Source: Gnetum montanum
Lineage: Eukaryota; Plantae; Gnetophyta
Direction: 5' to 3'
DNA length: 64,000 bases
Assembly (NCBI GenBank): GCA_015680685.1
Contig: MNCI01000614.1
Coordinates: forward strand, 370,825 to 434,824
Below the pieces are notes generated by a model. It was given only the letters and a program-made list of their open reading frames with translations, was not told the DNA's origin and made no database searches. Position numbers and translations under genes: made by a program. This document shows, piece after piece, positions 51,673-64,000 of this stretch (the stretch's first letter is position 1; each line of letters begins with the position of its first letter).

Positions 51673-52511
51673 TGATAAGTAACGAGGTACCCCTACGCCC
51701 AACCATATGAATATGAGTGTTATGAACGATTCAATCAAACTCCAAGGATTAAATGTTTATGCACTTACATAGAACAAGGATGGGTTATGTGAACGTTATC
51801 TTCCCAAGCTTACTTGTACAACATGATTTTATGGTTAAGTAAACTTGAGGTATATGATTTTTATGTTTTATGTTCCTAGTGCTTAAAATGGAGAAATAAA
51901 ATAATTGAGTTAACTAATTTAATTTCACTAATCCACTATGCTCTAAATAGTCCTAACACTAGCATCCATTCCCACTTGCCGAACACATCCTAAACCAGTG
52001 TAACACTACTGGGATTACCAAACACTAGTCATTATTGGGTTACCAAGTGTTCCATGTATGCTCAAAGTAGTCGTACTGAGTGTGCTAATTTTTTGATAAT
52101 TAAAAATTCAATAAAATAACATTAATTAGCTAATGAGAGTAGAAAATAATAGTAAATAACATTTAAATGAAATAATTAAGCTATTCTGAATGTTACAAGG
52201 TTTATCATAAAGTTCGTCATTATTTCCAGACATAAGGTTTGCTCAGGTACACAATGCTTGAATAAGGATCCATTCACTTTATGACTCCTACTACAGACAC
52301 TTAGAAATAATGCTAACTCTGGAAAGGAAAAACTATAAGAGTTTGGCTAAGGAACTAAGAAACTAACTACAAAATCATGTGCCCTTTTCTCTTATTTATA
52401 GATGATGAGACAAGTTCTGATATTGCATGTCTGATATCACTTTGGCACCTCTGATATCATGTATCAGATATCGATGGTTTGATATCATAGGTCTAATACC
52501 ATGACTCATCA
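51673..52511 (-). repeat. 3' LTR of element 2 (839 bp)
   Basis: TGATAAG..CTCATCA; direct repeat of 60780-61416; TATA at 52393-52400 (minus strand); TCYGATATCR repeats at 52415-52500. Confidence 0.92.
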
Positions 52512-52525
52512 TACCCCCATGACTA
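52512..52525 (-). promoter_or_regulatory. PPT of element 2
   Basis: Minus strand TAGTCATGGGGGTA abuts the LTR. Confidence 0.7.
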
Positions 52526-54479
52526 AATGAAAACTCATCCTCGAGTTCCTTACAAAATATTGGAAAGGTATGGGATTATTAACTAAATGACAACTGACGA
52601 TGACATGGAATGATAGACTCAAAGTGCCTGGTGAATGGATCGACAAACATATTATAGCATTAGTGTTCATAACCATTGTGGTGGACACTATACATAGATG
52701 ACATCTAGACCCTCATTTGATAGCTTGAAGAGATAGAGAAAAGAAAATGAGACATGTTGCTACCGATGTCAAAAATGTGCACACTATTGTTCATCCATGG
52801 CCACATGATCAAGCTTGTTCCTTACGTAAATGCTTTTTGCTCCTGTCCATCTTGAGTGCTCCCTTCTATCCTAGTCCATTATTCATGTGATTTCCATCTG
52901 CACACACAACATAATCACATATTAGCGAGGTTAGATAAGGTATAATGTAATTGATACCTTGCCTCGAGATGAAGCACATTGGCTAGGTTGTGGGTATGGC
53001 AGATACTAGGTTAGAGGTTTGCAATTAAAAACTACCCAAGGTGTAGGGGTGATATAAATAATGAAATTGAAAAATTTGCAATAGGCCCCCATGACTAAGA
53101 GAGAACCTCTGGTAGCAATAGGGTGGAAAATGAAAGAACAAGAGAGATGAGAGAAATAACAATGGTGAAGCCAATAAAACAAAAATAGAAATGGATGTCA
53201 TGGATGGGGTGAAACAAGAAAGAGTTGATTGTAGAAAATGTTTAAGGGTAAGAATTTAATAATTACACCAAAAATGAATGCTAGTGGGTCCTCCCCAAAG
53301 CAAGCTCATGTCCTTGATGCCCTAAAAAACCAAAAAACCAAAGAGTCTGTAGGCTCTAGGAATGTCATATGGAAACAATGGTTAAGAACTTACCCAAAAT
53401 AATTTACCAAAGAATAAAAATGCATCAACCAAGATATAGACTAATCATAAAATCAATAATGAGGTGGAATATGGAAAATAATGTGGAAAGAGAGAATGGA
53501 ATGGAATCCCAAAATCAAGGTTGTGTAAAGTCCCTTGTATATTATGTGATTAAGGTGACTTAATGAAATTCAGCCCAAATCCAGATTAAAACTAACCACA
53601 TCTAGTGACCTTGCATCAACAAAATTGACCAACCCATCCTCCTAAAGCAATGAGAATGCTTTCACAAAGCAACCACCATTCCAAAAGGAGAAGAATAGAG
53701 AAACAGGAACTGAGGAAGGGCTATAGTTAGAGGGAACCTTTAGGCATGGGTAAAATGTCTTTCAAGTGCCATAATCAGTGCTTATAGCCCATGTTTCTTT
53801 ATTATGTCTAAGGGGTGTGCTTTGAATTCTCACCAGTTTTTTTGAATGAGAACCACACCATGCAAAGACTTATTTGATTTAGTCAACTTCCTGATATTGG
53901 TCAATAGTGAAATGGTAGAAAACCTATGAAAAAAATCTAATTACCTAAGATAATAGGCAACTCAAATGTGTTGAATTCCCTTGAAATCACATCCTTTTCA
54001 ATCCATTTATATCTTTCCTTGGTTTGAAGAATAGCAAGCCACCAATTCATTAATAAGTTTTCTTAGAAAAAAGGATAGTCCATTTCCAAAATAAAGGGAT
54101 ACCATGGAGTTGTATGGATAAATGGATGACATGGACTCATTGCTTGTTTTATCAAAAGAAACCATATCTTAGCATCAACAATAAAAGTCAAAGGTAAAAA
54201 CTAAACATTATTGATCAACACCATTATAGTACAATCCACCATCATGAGCACTTATTATATGACAAGTGAGAGTAATTCAAAAAAAATGTAATAGAGAAAG
54301 AAATAGTAAAAATGTTAACAATGGTGTAAAACAAAAATAAGTAAAGATGAAGAATGTGTAAAATGAAAAAGACAAATTAACTAGGGGATTTAGAATGGTT
54401 AGCATTAGTGGCCATCTTTCCCACAACTAAGTTGGAAGGAGGAGATCCAAAATAATGAGCAAGGTTGTTCATTAATAGA

Positions 54480-57400
54480 GGTAGTGTTAGTACTAGCCAT
54501 TTTAGGCTCATGGAAAGGTTTGGTTTGCTGGATGTTGACCAATAATTTCCTATCTAGGCTTTCAGGTTTATAGATCATCATGGCCTTTGAAGAAAAAGAT
54601 TCATGAATGATATAAGGTCCTTACCACAACATTTGAAATTTAGTTCATTATGGCACATGTGTGGGATTCCAATACAGAACCTTATTTTCTGGTTGGTATC
54701 TAAGTTTCCTAATTCTTAAGTCATGACATTGCTTGTTGAAGGCCTTGTGTAATTCGTTGGATGATAGGGTGGCTAATCAATTTTCATCTAGCAAGTTAAG
54801 GTTCATTAACCATTCTTTCTATGCTAAACTAAGGTTGAGGTCGAGGTCACATGCTATAGATAGTATACAGAGATCAACTTGGATAGGGAGTGTTGGAAGT
54901 TTACTGTATACTAACTCATAGGAAGAATAACCTATAGGAAGTTTCCATGTGGATCAGTATGCCCAAAGAGAATCATTTAATTTGGTTCTCTAGTCTTGCC
55001 TATATTTGCTAATGGTTCGTGTCAATATTTTTGTGATCTCCCTATTGGTGACTTTGGCTTGACCATTCACTTGAGGATGATATGGTGTAGTCAACTTACT
55101 CAACTCCTAAGCGTTGCATTAATTTTTGAAAGGTCACACTTATAAAATGTGTACCATTATTGAAAATAAGTGCACGAGGCATGCCAAACCTACTTATGAT
55201 TTGTTGTTGAACAAATCGTGTAGTGGTAGATGATGTACAGTTAGTAATAGTGGCTACGTCTACCCACTTTGTAAAATAGTCAATAGCAATAAAAATGTAG
55301 GATTTTCCATTGGACATTGGTGTGATAGGCCCCATAAAATCAATTCCCCATATGTCAAAGGGTTCTAAAGATTAAATCCATTATTGTGGAACCTTCATTC
55401 TAGCAGTTGTTCCCCCATGGCATTGGTAGTGCTTACAAGATTGGATGAAATGATGAGCATCCTGGAACAATGTAGGCCAATAATATCCTGCACGTGATAT
55501 TTTAATGGCTATTTGTCTCCCAACATAATGAGCCCCACAAGGACCCTCATGAGCATATTGGAGGACTCGCAATTGGTCTCCATCGAGAACACACCATTGG
55601 ATAAAGCCATTAGAAAATACCTTATAAAGGTATCCATTGATTTCCATGAAATATTTGGCTCGGTGAACAAACTATTTTTTCTTTTTAAGGTCTAGCCCTT
55701 GTGGTATTTATTCTATGAGAAGATAGGTAAAAATGATACTATACTAGTTTGTCTCTATGGTTAATTGATTGTTTATTACACCTGCAAAGAGGAGTTCATC
55801 AAGGAAGCAGTCAAAAATTGGATATTCATCCTCTTTGCTATCCCATTGTAACTAAGATAAGTGATCAATCATAACATTCTTGGTGCCTTTATGATCCATC
55901 ATCGTAAGATTGAACTCTTGTAAGATCACGAGCCATCGTATGATGTAAGGGCTCACCATTGGTTTATTTATTAGGAACCATATTGCACTATGATTTGTGT
56001 GTACAAATATTTTATAACCCAACACATAGCACCTAAATTTTTCTAGTTCAAACACCACATCCATTAATTATTTTTCTATTATATTGTAATTGAGTTGTGC
56101 ACTAGCAATACTCTCACTTGCACAATGAATGTAATTGGGTCGTTTTTGGTCATCTAACTGTATAAGTATGGCTCCTAAAGCAAAGTTGGATGCATTAGTC
56201 ATTATTTGGAATGGTCTAGACCAGTTAGGAGCTTGTAGAATGGGTGTTTCTACGAGATTTTATTTTAAGGTTTGGAAAGCTAGAGCTCACATTCCTTGGT
56301 CCATTCAAAGGGTACATCCTTCTTCGTTAATTCTACCAATGGTTTTGCAATCTTTGAAAAGTTCTCAATGAAGCATCTATAATAGCTAGTATGTCCAAGG
56401 AATTATCGAATATCTTTCATAGTTTTAGGTTGATAAGTGATTTCTTGGATGAATTTAATCCTTTTGGGATCTACCTATATCCCTGTTTGTGAAATCTTAT
56501 GCCCTAACACAATGCCTTCTTGGACCATTAAATGGATTTTTTGCCAATTGAGCCTTAATTTGGTTTCTACACATCATTTTAGTACTTTCTCTAATTGGTC
56601 CAATGCTTGTTTGAAGTCCACTCTATAGGTGGAGAAATCATCCATAAAGACCTCCACACCATTTCCTATTTGCTGTTGAAATATACTTAGAAGTAGATGT
56701 TGAAATGTTGCTGGGGCATTGCACAAGCCAAATGGAATCTACTTATATGCAAATGTTTCCCAAGGAATTGTGAATGTAGTCTTGGCTTACTCTTCTGGTG
56801 CTATTTTAATTTGATTGTCTCCATTGTAACCATCCAAAAAACTATAGTAGAAATGCCCTACAATGGTATCTAGGACTTGGTCAATGAATAATAATGGGAA
56901 ATGGTCTTCAAACGTTTCCATGTTTAACAGCCTAAAGTCTATACACACACTCCATTTTCCTCCCTTTTAAGGCATAATGACTAATGGACTAACCCATTTA
57001 CTATCAAAAATTGGGTAGATGAACCCAGCTTTTAGAAGTTGTTCAATTTCTTCTTTAACCACTTGCTTAAGCTTTGGGTTCAATCACCTTTGCGGTTGTC
57101 GTTGAGGCTTCATGGAGGGGTTAGTGTAAATTCTATGTTGGCATATCCTAGGATCTATTTTGGTTAATTTAGGATATGACCAAGTAAAGGCTTTCTACCA
57201 TTTATTTACCATATTTAGTAGTCTTTCTTTTTATTGAGGAGTAAGCTTAGCGTTAATGATTACCAGTTTTCCATTCTTGAGAAATGTGTACTCCATACCA
57301 GTGGGCAATAGTTTTAACTCAAGGGGTTCTTGCTTAAACTCATCAAATATTTCTAGCTTTCTCCAATTGGTATTTTTAGTATTAGTACTTGGGAGTTGGT

Positions 57401-60400
57401 GATGGACTTACTCTAATGTATCTATGCTATCGATATAGGCTCAAGTCAAGCTCTCAGTTGGTTTCATGCATAGAGTTGAATTGCTCTCTTGGTCAGCTAT
57501 TAGTCACTAAGTGCCTTTTTGTCTTGTGGATACTACATACAGACATCTTTATATGTTAGTTACTTGTGCACACTGGTTACATGCAAGAAAGGTTAAGCAT
57601 TATACAAACCAGGCCTTCTGCACGTAGTTGCATCCTGTGTCATTATATGCAATGCATGGAAATTTTTTCTTCTTGATATTTCCAAATGTATTTTCCTTTG
57701 ATATTTTTATGGAGAGATCATGTATGCCTAGGCATGCATCAATCATACTTAACCATGCTCTTTCCATTATGATTAGGAAGTCTCCCTTATAGTTTCTGAC
57801 ATGAATCACTAGGAAATCATCTAGATACGACCACCCATAAACAATGGTGACAATGTCCTCCACTAGTCCTAATGGGACAGTGATGGACTGGTTGGCCAAC
57901 TCTAAATGAATGTTACTCTTTTCTAGTGGAGGCAGGTTCCAGGCTTTATACATTTCTTGAGAGATTAAGTTAAAACTAGAACCTAAATCCAAAAGAGCTT
58001 TTCAAGGCTCATTCCCAACGATTTGCAAATATATAAGAAGACTTCCAAGATTACAGAATTTCCTAGGAAGATGGCCAACTTTAATCCAATTGTTAATGGC
58101 ATGAGTCAACATGACTATGTGCGTTGGGTGTGATTTTTTGTTTGAAGGAAGTTCCAAAGATTCAAATGATGGTGAGAAAATTGGATAATTAGCCGCTTGT
58201 GGCTATAAGGACTTGGTTGGACTATTGATTCTAGAGAAGGGCCTCTTCTTTATGTAGTTGACTAAACTAACAATAGATAATATATTGACAGCCCTTGTAG
58301 TGTTACATTGCTGTAGCTGGGCAGGAAGCTCATCCTACATAGTTGGAGCAGGTGGTAATGGAGCCAATGGTGGAAGAGGTGCGGTTGGATGAGAAGGATA
58401 GTACATTTGTGGAACATCACTCCTAAGAGAAGGAGTTCTATAGTACTCGTGGATCTAGTAGTAAGGTTGAGGAGTGACGTGACTAATGGTGTTATGTGGA
58501 GAGATTGATTACTACATGTAGTACTTGTATGGGTTAGGTTGAGGGTAAGAGTATTTTTGATGTAGTAATGTCATTCCCCATGATTATGGGTGTTGCCATT
58601 ATTAATATTTTTCATTCAGTTGTAGTGGAGCTCCACTTAGATAATACATCAAGGGTTGGTGGAATTGCCTTGGGTCACCTTGAGGATAAGGTAACCTTTT
58701 GAGTGCTTACTATCTATTTAATCATGGGTTTAGTGCATACACCCCACACTCTTGCAAGTGTGAGACTACTAGGAAACATCCTTTAGGATGGTCATATTGG
58801 CATATCTCACATCTGACATCATTGTTTGTGTTCGAATCCACAACCTCTTCAATGATGGAAACTTTGCCCTTACCTTTGTTATGTGCAGACTTATCTTCTT
58901 TCTTTTTCCTTCTCTCTTAGTCACTACTTTGCTCTCTAGACTCCTCGACTATTTTTAGAATGGTTTGAAATTTATCATCTAGGGAGTTCCACATTTGATT
59001 TACCTTTGTCGATAAATTTGATGCAAATTTGTGAATGGGAAAATTCCTCCTATTCACCATCTCTTCAAGTGGTGACTCTTCTTCATCTTCACAAAATCTA
59101 ACTTTCTTCTTTTGGAGGGAAGGATCTCTATTGTATCCCTCTTCACTTTCTCTTTTCCTTAACTCACCTTCCTCTTTGGCAACTCTCTCCAACAATCTTT
59201 GTATTTTATGGGCTTTGAGCTTAGATAGCCTTTCCTAGGCATAAGTGCTAAGGGATCTTCATGTTTCGTATGTAAGCCCATCCATGAGATGGCGTAGTTG
59301 TTCCATTTGTGAGTAATCATGGCCAGGGAAATGATGTAATAATGTAATATCTGCCCATGGTAGCATCCAAGATTTCATGTCCTCTTTGTTTCCATCCTTG
59401 GATTTGCCTATGAAGGTTGGACACTTAGGAGTACATTTGATACTTATTGTTAAATAACTAACATGGTACTCCATCAAAAAATGGATTACAGTTCTAAGGA
59501 CCAGTACCAGCTTCCCTCTTCCTTGATTAGTGTTCGTGGAAACAACTTTAGGTTTTTCCACTTGTTTTATATATTTTGCAAGGAACATGCATCGTAAAAT
59601 TCTTGTAGATAGTTTTGAGGATCAACATTGTATCCCCCTTCAAATTGTGGGATGTTGTTCATGTCTAGTCTTTTGATCCTACTATCCTTCTGGTGCCTTT
59701 TTGGAATCTTAATGGCCTCTGTAATGTCTAACATACTTCGGGTGATGAGTAGGGATTCATCATGATCATATTGTCTATGGCATATATGATGCCTATGTTT
59801 TTTCCTACTCTCCCTTATTTCATGATGTGTTTCTCTAGAATGCCCTTGTCCCCTTTCTTGATTGTTTTGTCTATGATCTCTATTTCACTTACCATTGTAC
59901 TTATGGTCTTTTCTTTTGTGAATGCATTTAGATCCCAAAGGAAAGGGGGAAGGAGATGATGAAGGTGAAGAGGAAGGAGGACTAGCACCATGACAACACC
60001 TATCACTTTCTCTTTAGTAGTCTCAGCCTTAGTCATGGTTATGATCAGAATGTCTGTCAATGTCATGTGTTCATGTTCCTTTTTTAGACTCGTTGTGTTC
60101 ATTTGTATTAAAAACTAGGTTATGAATAGTTGAGTGAAGATTCTGATACACAACTCCTCGACCAAAGTCAACGAGAGGAACATCGTTTTGTGGAAAACCT
60201 CCCGAGGCAGGTTCATCACCCTCATTTTTACTTAGGACATACGGAACATCTTGAGACCACTTTCCCTTCATAGATTTGTAATGTCTCTTCTATTGTAGGT
60301 TCCTTTGGCATTGTGCCTCCATGGATCGATACTCTCTCAAGTCATGTTCATGCACAATGTACTCTACCTATAAGTGATGCATACCAATTTGCGTGAGAGC

Positions 60401-60660
60401 ATGAAGAAGCATGCTTGGGATTGAGCGATCAGGAGGTAATACTATGTTACCTTCTAAACCATGCCAACATAGTTGTTCATCCTAGTGGAGAATAAAGGTA
60501 AAGTTTGTTATATACTCATCTAGATCAGTGTATACCATGAAAAACTGTTGGGGCACTAGTAGTTCATCATGTGTACTATGACTTTGATTGTTCATTGTGT
60601 CGAACCTAGTCAGTGAAGCACTCTCATAAAAAGAAGGAGACATGATTAATTATTTAGTGT
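54480..60660 (-). pseudogene. gag-pol: gag-pol of element 2
   Basis: gag homologous to elements 1 and 3; protease LLDLGSSFNLIS; RT PFGLCNAPATFQ and VFMDDFS; RH FELEKFRCYVLG; [30 protein letters not shown]. Confidence 0.92.
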
Positions 60661-60760
60661 GTAATACTCTTTTTCAATGATTGTAGGATAACTAATCCTA
60701 AGGGTTCGTTCCAATGATGGAAATATTTCCTAAGTTCTAATCAGAACACAAACAACCAAA

Positions 60761-60778
60761 TCCTTGGCAATAGTGCCA
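60761..60778 (-). promoter_or_regulatory. Degenerate tRNA-Asp PBS of element 2
   Basis: Minus strand TGGCACTATTGCCAAGGA differs from TGGCGCCGTTGCCGGGGA only by transitions. Confidence 0.8.
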
Positions 60779-60779
60779 A

Positions 60780-61416
60780 TGATGAGTGATGAGGTACCAT
60801 TATGCCCAACCATACGAATACGAGCATTATGTGCAATCTGGTCAAACTCCAAGAATTAAGTGTTTATGCACTTACACAGAACAAAGATGGATTATGTGAT
60901 CATTGTCTTCCCAAGCTTACTTGTTAGCCATGGTTGTATGGTTAAGTAAACTTGAGATATATGATTTTTATGCTTTTTATGTTTTATGTTCCTAGTACTT
61001 AAAATGGAGAAATAAAATAATTTAGGTAACTAATTTAATTTTACTAATCCACTATGCTCTAACTAGTCCTAACACTAGCATCCATTCCCACTTGTCAGAC
61101 ACATCTTGAACTAGTGTAACACTACTGGGATTACCAAATGCTAGTCATTAGTAGGTTACCAAGTGTTCCACATATGCTTGAAGTGGTCATACTGAGTGTG
61201 CTAATTCGTTGATAATTAACAATTCAGTAAAATAACATTAATTAACTAATGAGAGTAGTGAATAATAGTAAATAACATTTAAATGAAATAATTAAGCTAT
61301 TCTAAATGTTGCAAGGTTTATCACAAAGTTCATCTTTATTTCTGGACACAAGGTGTGCTTAGGTACACAATGCTCGAATAAGCATCTGTTCACTTTATGA
61401 CTCCTACTATGGATAC
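60780..61416 (-). repeat. 5' LTR of element 2, interrupted by element 3
   Basis: Matches 51673-52300 up to ctcctactatggatac, then switches abruptly to TGATGAG. Confidence 0.92.
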
Positions 61417-62415
61417 TGATGAGATGCGACCTGAATGTGCCGCGATATCGCATCCCATGCGATATTGCGTACGCGATATCGCGTCTTCCCCTGCGATATC
61501 GCGTACGCGATATCGCGGTCCGCCGCCATATCTATAAATAAGAGGCGGCACTCCCTTCATTTCCCAATCCTGGCTAGAAGTAGCGAAGCTCTGGCAGATT
61601 GATCACTCCAGAGTTAGAATTTTTCCCATGTGCCCGCAGTAGGAGTCCTAGAGTGAACGGCTCTTTATTCGAGCAGCTTGTAACCTGAACCCAAGTTGTG
61701 TATGGCAATAAAGATGAACTTGATTGGATAAACCTTGCAGTACATGGTTTTACTGTTGTTTATTTATTGCTTTTCTAGTGCGCACAAGTATGACTTGATT
61801 ACGAGCATTGGCTGCTTGGTAACCCAGTAGCGTATTCCAGGATTCTACACTTGGTAATCCCAGTGGTAGTCCAATGTGTATGGCTAGTCAAGGAATCGGC
61901 TACTCATTGCTAGGCTAGAACGTGTGATAAGTACAACTTAGTTACGAGCACCCACGGGTGTGTACGGCTAGCTAAGGAATCGGCTGCTTATTACACTTAA
62001 GCTAAATAGGTGCCTCAGTACAACCACTTCGAGCACTTGCGTTATGTGTGGCGATACCAGTACCGATTAGCATTTGGTAAGCCACAGTTGCATAGTTTAG
62101 GGTGTGTCCAGTAGGTGGGAACGGATGCTGACGCTAGTTAACTTAGACTTAGGACATTAGTTAGAGTTAGCTTAGTTTCTCAACCCTTTCCTCTGATAGC
62201 ATAGAAGATAAACCGAAAAATACCAAAAAATCACATACCTCATACTTGCTTAACCATACACTGTGACACTTACAAGCAAGCCTGGGAAGACAACGAACGA
62301 TTAACCCCAAGTGTTTCTTGTGGCGTTAAGGCATTTAGTCTGCGGAATTCGACCGGATCGCGCGTGCACACTCATATTCGTATGGTTGAGTGTAGGGGTA
62401 CCTCGCCACTCATCA
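61417..62415 (+). repeat. 5' LTR of element 3
   Basis: TGATGAG..CTCATCA; CGCGATATCGCG-type array at 61441-61520; TATAAATA at 61533-61540; left flank GATAC. Confidence 0.95.
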
Positions 62416-62416
62416 T

Positions 62417-62434
62417 TGGCGCCGTTGCCAGGGA
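62417..62434 (+). promoter_or_regulatory. tRNA-Asp PBS
   Basis: TGGCGCCGTTGCCAGGGA, 17/18 match to the plant tRNA-Asp 3' complement typical of Athila. Confidence 0.92.
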
Positions 62435-62561
62435 CTAAGTGTTTTTTCACCAATTGAACATAAGGGATATCACTCACATCGTTGTGAGCTTAAAACGAAC
62501 CTTAGGGTTAATCAGTTAATCAAGAACATAAATAACGGTGAAAGCTAGCACACCATTAGAA

Positions 62562-64000
62562 ATGGCTTCTTCTCATGCAATCAACTCACCTAAGGACAAT
62601 ACAGGAGAAAGTCAGGATCATAAGCATAACCCAAATCAGCCAAGTCCTAAATAGTATTCGATAACTTATACTCATCCTGATCAGTATATCCCTGACTACA
62701 CTTTTACCCTTCATCAGGACGAACAGTTGCGCTGGAGAGATTCGGTTGGTAATATAGTTTTACCACCAGATCGATCCATTTCGAACATGCTTCTCCATGA
62801 ATTGGCATAGATTGGCATGCAAGAATTATTTGCTGAATACATTGCTGGAATATATCGCATAAGGGATTATCGTCCCACAAATGCCCAACGTATTCGGGAC
62901 GAAAGGCAGGAGAGCCAACATTCATTATTGAAGGGCAAGGTTCCCCATGTCATTAGTGATATAGGAGAAGAGGAACCCCTCACGATGGATTTCTTAGAAA
63001 ATGATGTTCCTCCTCCTCACTCTAGTGAAGAGGTTAGGCATCAGGGCCTTAGATCAACGATACATATTCCAGGCTCTGATCCCCGTGAGCACCAGCTGTT
63101 CACGGCAGGAACAATCACTCGCACTAATGACGGACTCGTTGATCGTCACAACGATCGGGGCCGAAGCAGCCGAAGAGAAGGCAAGAAACATCACCATGGT
63201 GATGGATCCCCTTCTTCTTCCCCTTCATCACATCATTCACCCTCTCCTTCCACATCTGGGCGCAGCCACCATGAGCATAACGCGGAGAGTAAAGGTAAAA
63301 GAGATGAAATGCCTCGACAAGAAGGTCGAGAGGAGTTAGGACAAGGGCAAGGACGTAGGGAGAATAGGGAACCACAACGTAGACATCACAGACGTCATGA
63401 AAGAGATGATCATGACGAACCCCTATTCGCAACCCGAAGTATGCTTGACATTAGAGAGGCAGTTAGGATTCCCACAAGGCATTTGAAAGACAGTAGGATC
63501 AAGCGTTTGGATATAAATAATATCCCACGTTTTGAAGGGGGATACAACGCTGATCCTCAACATCATTTACAGGCATTCCACGATGCCTGTGCCTTGCAGA
63601 ACATAGACAATGAGTGGCAGAAACTCAAGTTGTTCCCAAGGACACTCACTAAAGAAGCAGAAAGCTGGTACCGGTCCTTAGAACCGGAAACCATCAGGAG
63701 GTGGAGTACGATGCTTGAATTGTTCAACAACAAATATCAAACGTACTCCAGAGTGTCTAACTTGCGTAAGCAGATCCAAGGCTGGAAACAAGGAGCTTAT
63801 GAATCCTTGGATGCTGCCATGGCCCGTTACTACACACTGCTACATCGTTGCCCGGGCCATGGGTACGCTAAACGGGATCAACTTCGCCACCTCGTGGATG
63901 GGCTACGAAATGAAACGAGAAGAACTCTTGGGACTTACGCCCAAGGGAGACTCTCCCAATTAAGAGCCCATGAAGTTGAAGTTTTGTTGGAACAAGTAGC
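62562..64000 (+). pseudogene. gag: gag of element 3; in-frame TAG at 62652 and 62808, then open to the window end (not shown in the ORF track)
   Basis: MASSHAINSPK..; IPRFEGGYNADPQHHLQAFHDAC; KLKLFPRTLTKEAESWYRSL..CPGHGY. Confidence 0.9.

Larger units (their letters stand above)
51673..61416 (-). mobile_element. Nearly full-length Athila-type Ty3/gypsy element (element 2), decayed
   Basis: Direct LTRs at 51673 and 60780, Asp PBS, PPT and gag-PR-RT-RH-INT order. Confidence 0.93.
61417..64000 (+). mobile_element. Young Athila-type element (element 3): 5' LTR, PBS and gag; runs off the right edge
   Basis: 999-bp LTR, near-perfect Asp PBS, long gag frame, CpGs retained. Confidence 0.95.

Noticed and set aside
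63001-63963. Short ORFs 63001-63339, 63124-63432 and 63715-63963
   Set aside because: Alternative-frame or antisense shadows of the gag frame 62562-64000.

Overview
This AT-rich land-plant window contains no host gene. It is a stack of nested LTR retrotransposons, nearly all degraded by CG/CHG-type C-to-T changes. Left to right: (1) a young Athila-type Ty3/gypsy element (1-4085, minus) inserted in the 3' LTR of (2) a decayed SIRE-like Ty1/copia element (4086-8820, minus), which sits in (3) an old Athila-type integrase/3' fragment (8821-11437, minus). That fragment is cut by three nested copies of one Tat-lineage family: A (11438-19040, +), B (19041-34297, +, inside A) and C (34298-51672, minus, inside B, carrying a solo LTR at 49149-49591). 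C is cut by a nearly complete Athila-type element (51673-61416, minus), whose 5' LTR is cut by a young Athila-type element (61417-64000, +). The most unusual object is the Tat family. In copy C, gag-protease and RT-RNaseH-aRH-integrase are about 9.5 kb apart. The gap holds an antisense gene of about 8 exons with an apparent FCP1/NIF (HAD-fold) pseudo-phosphatase domain, and an array of palindromic motif clusters spaced about 185 bp apart. The motif differs between copies and matches each copy's own LTR. All domain calls are by eye from motifs; no database search was run.
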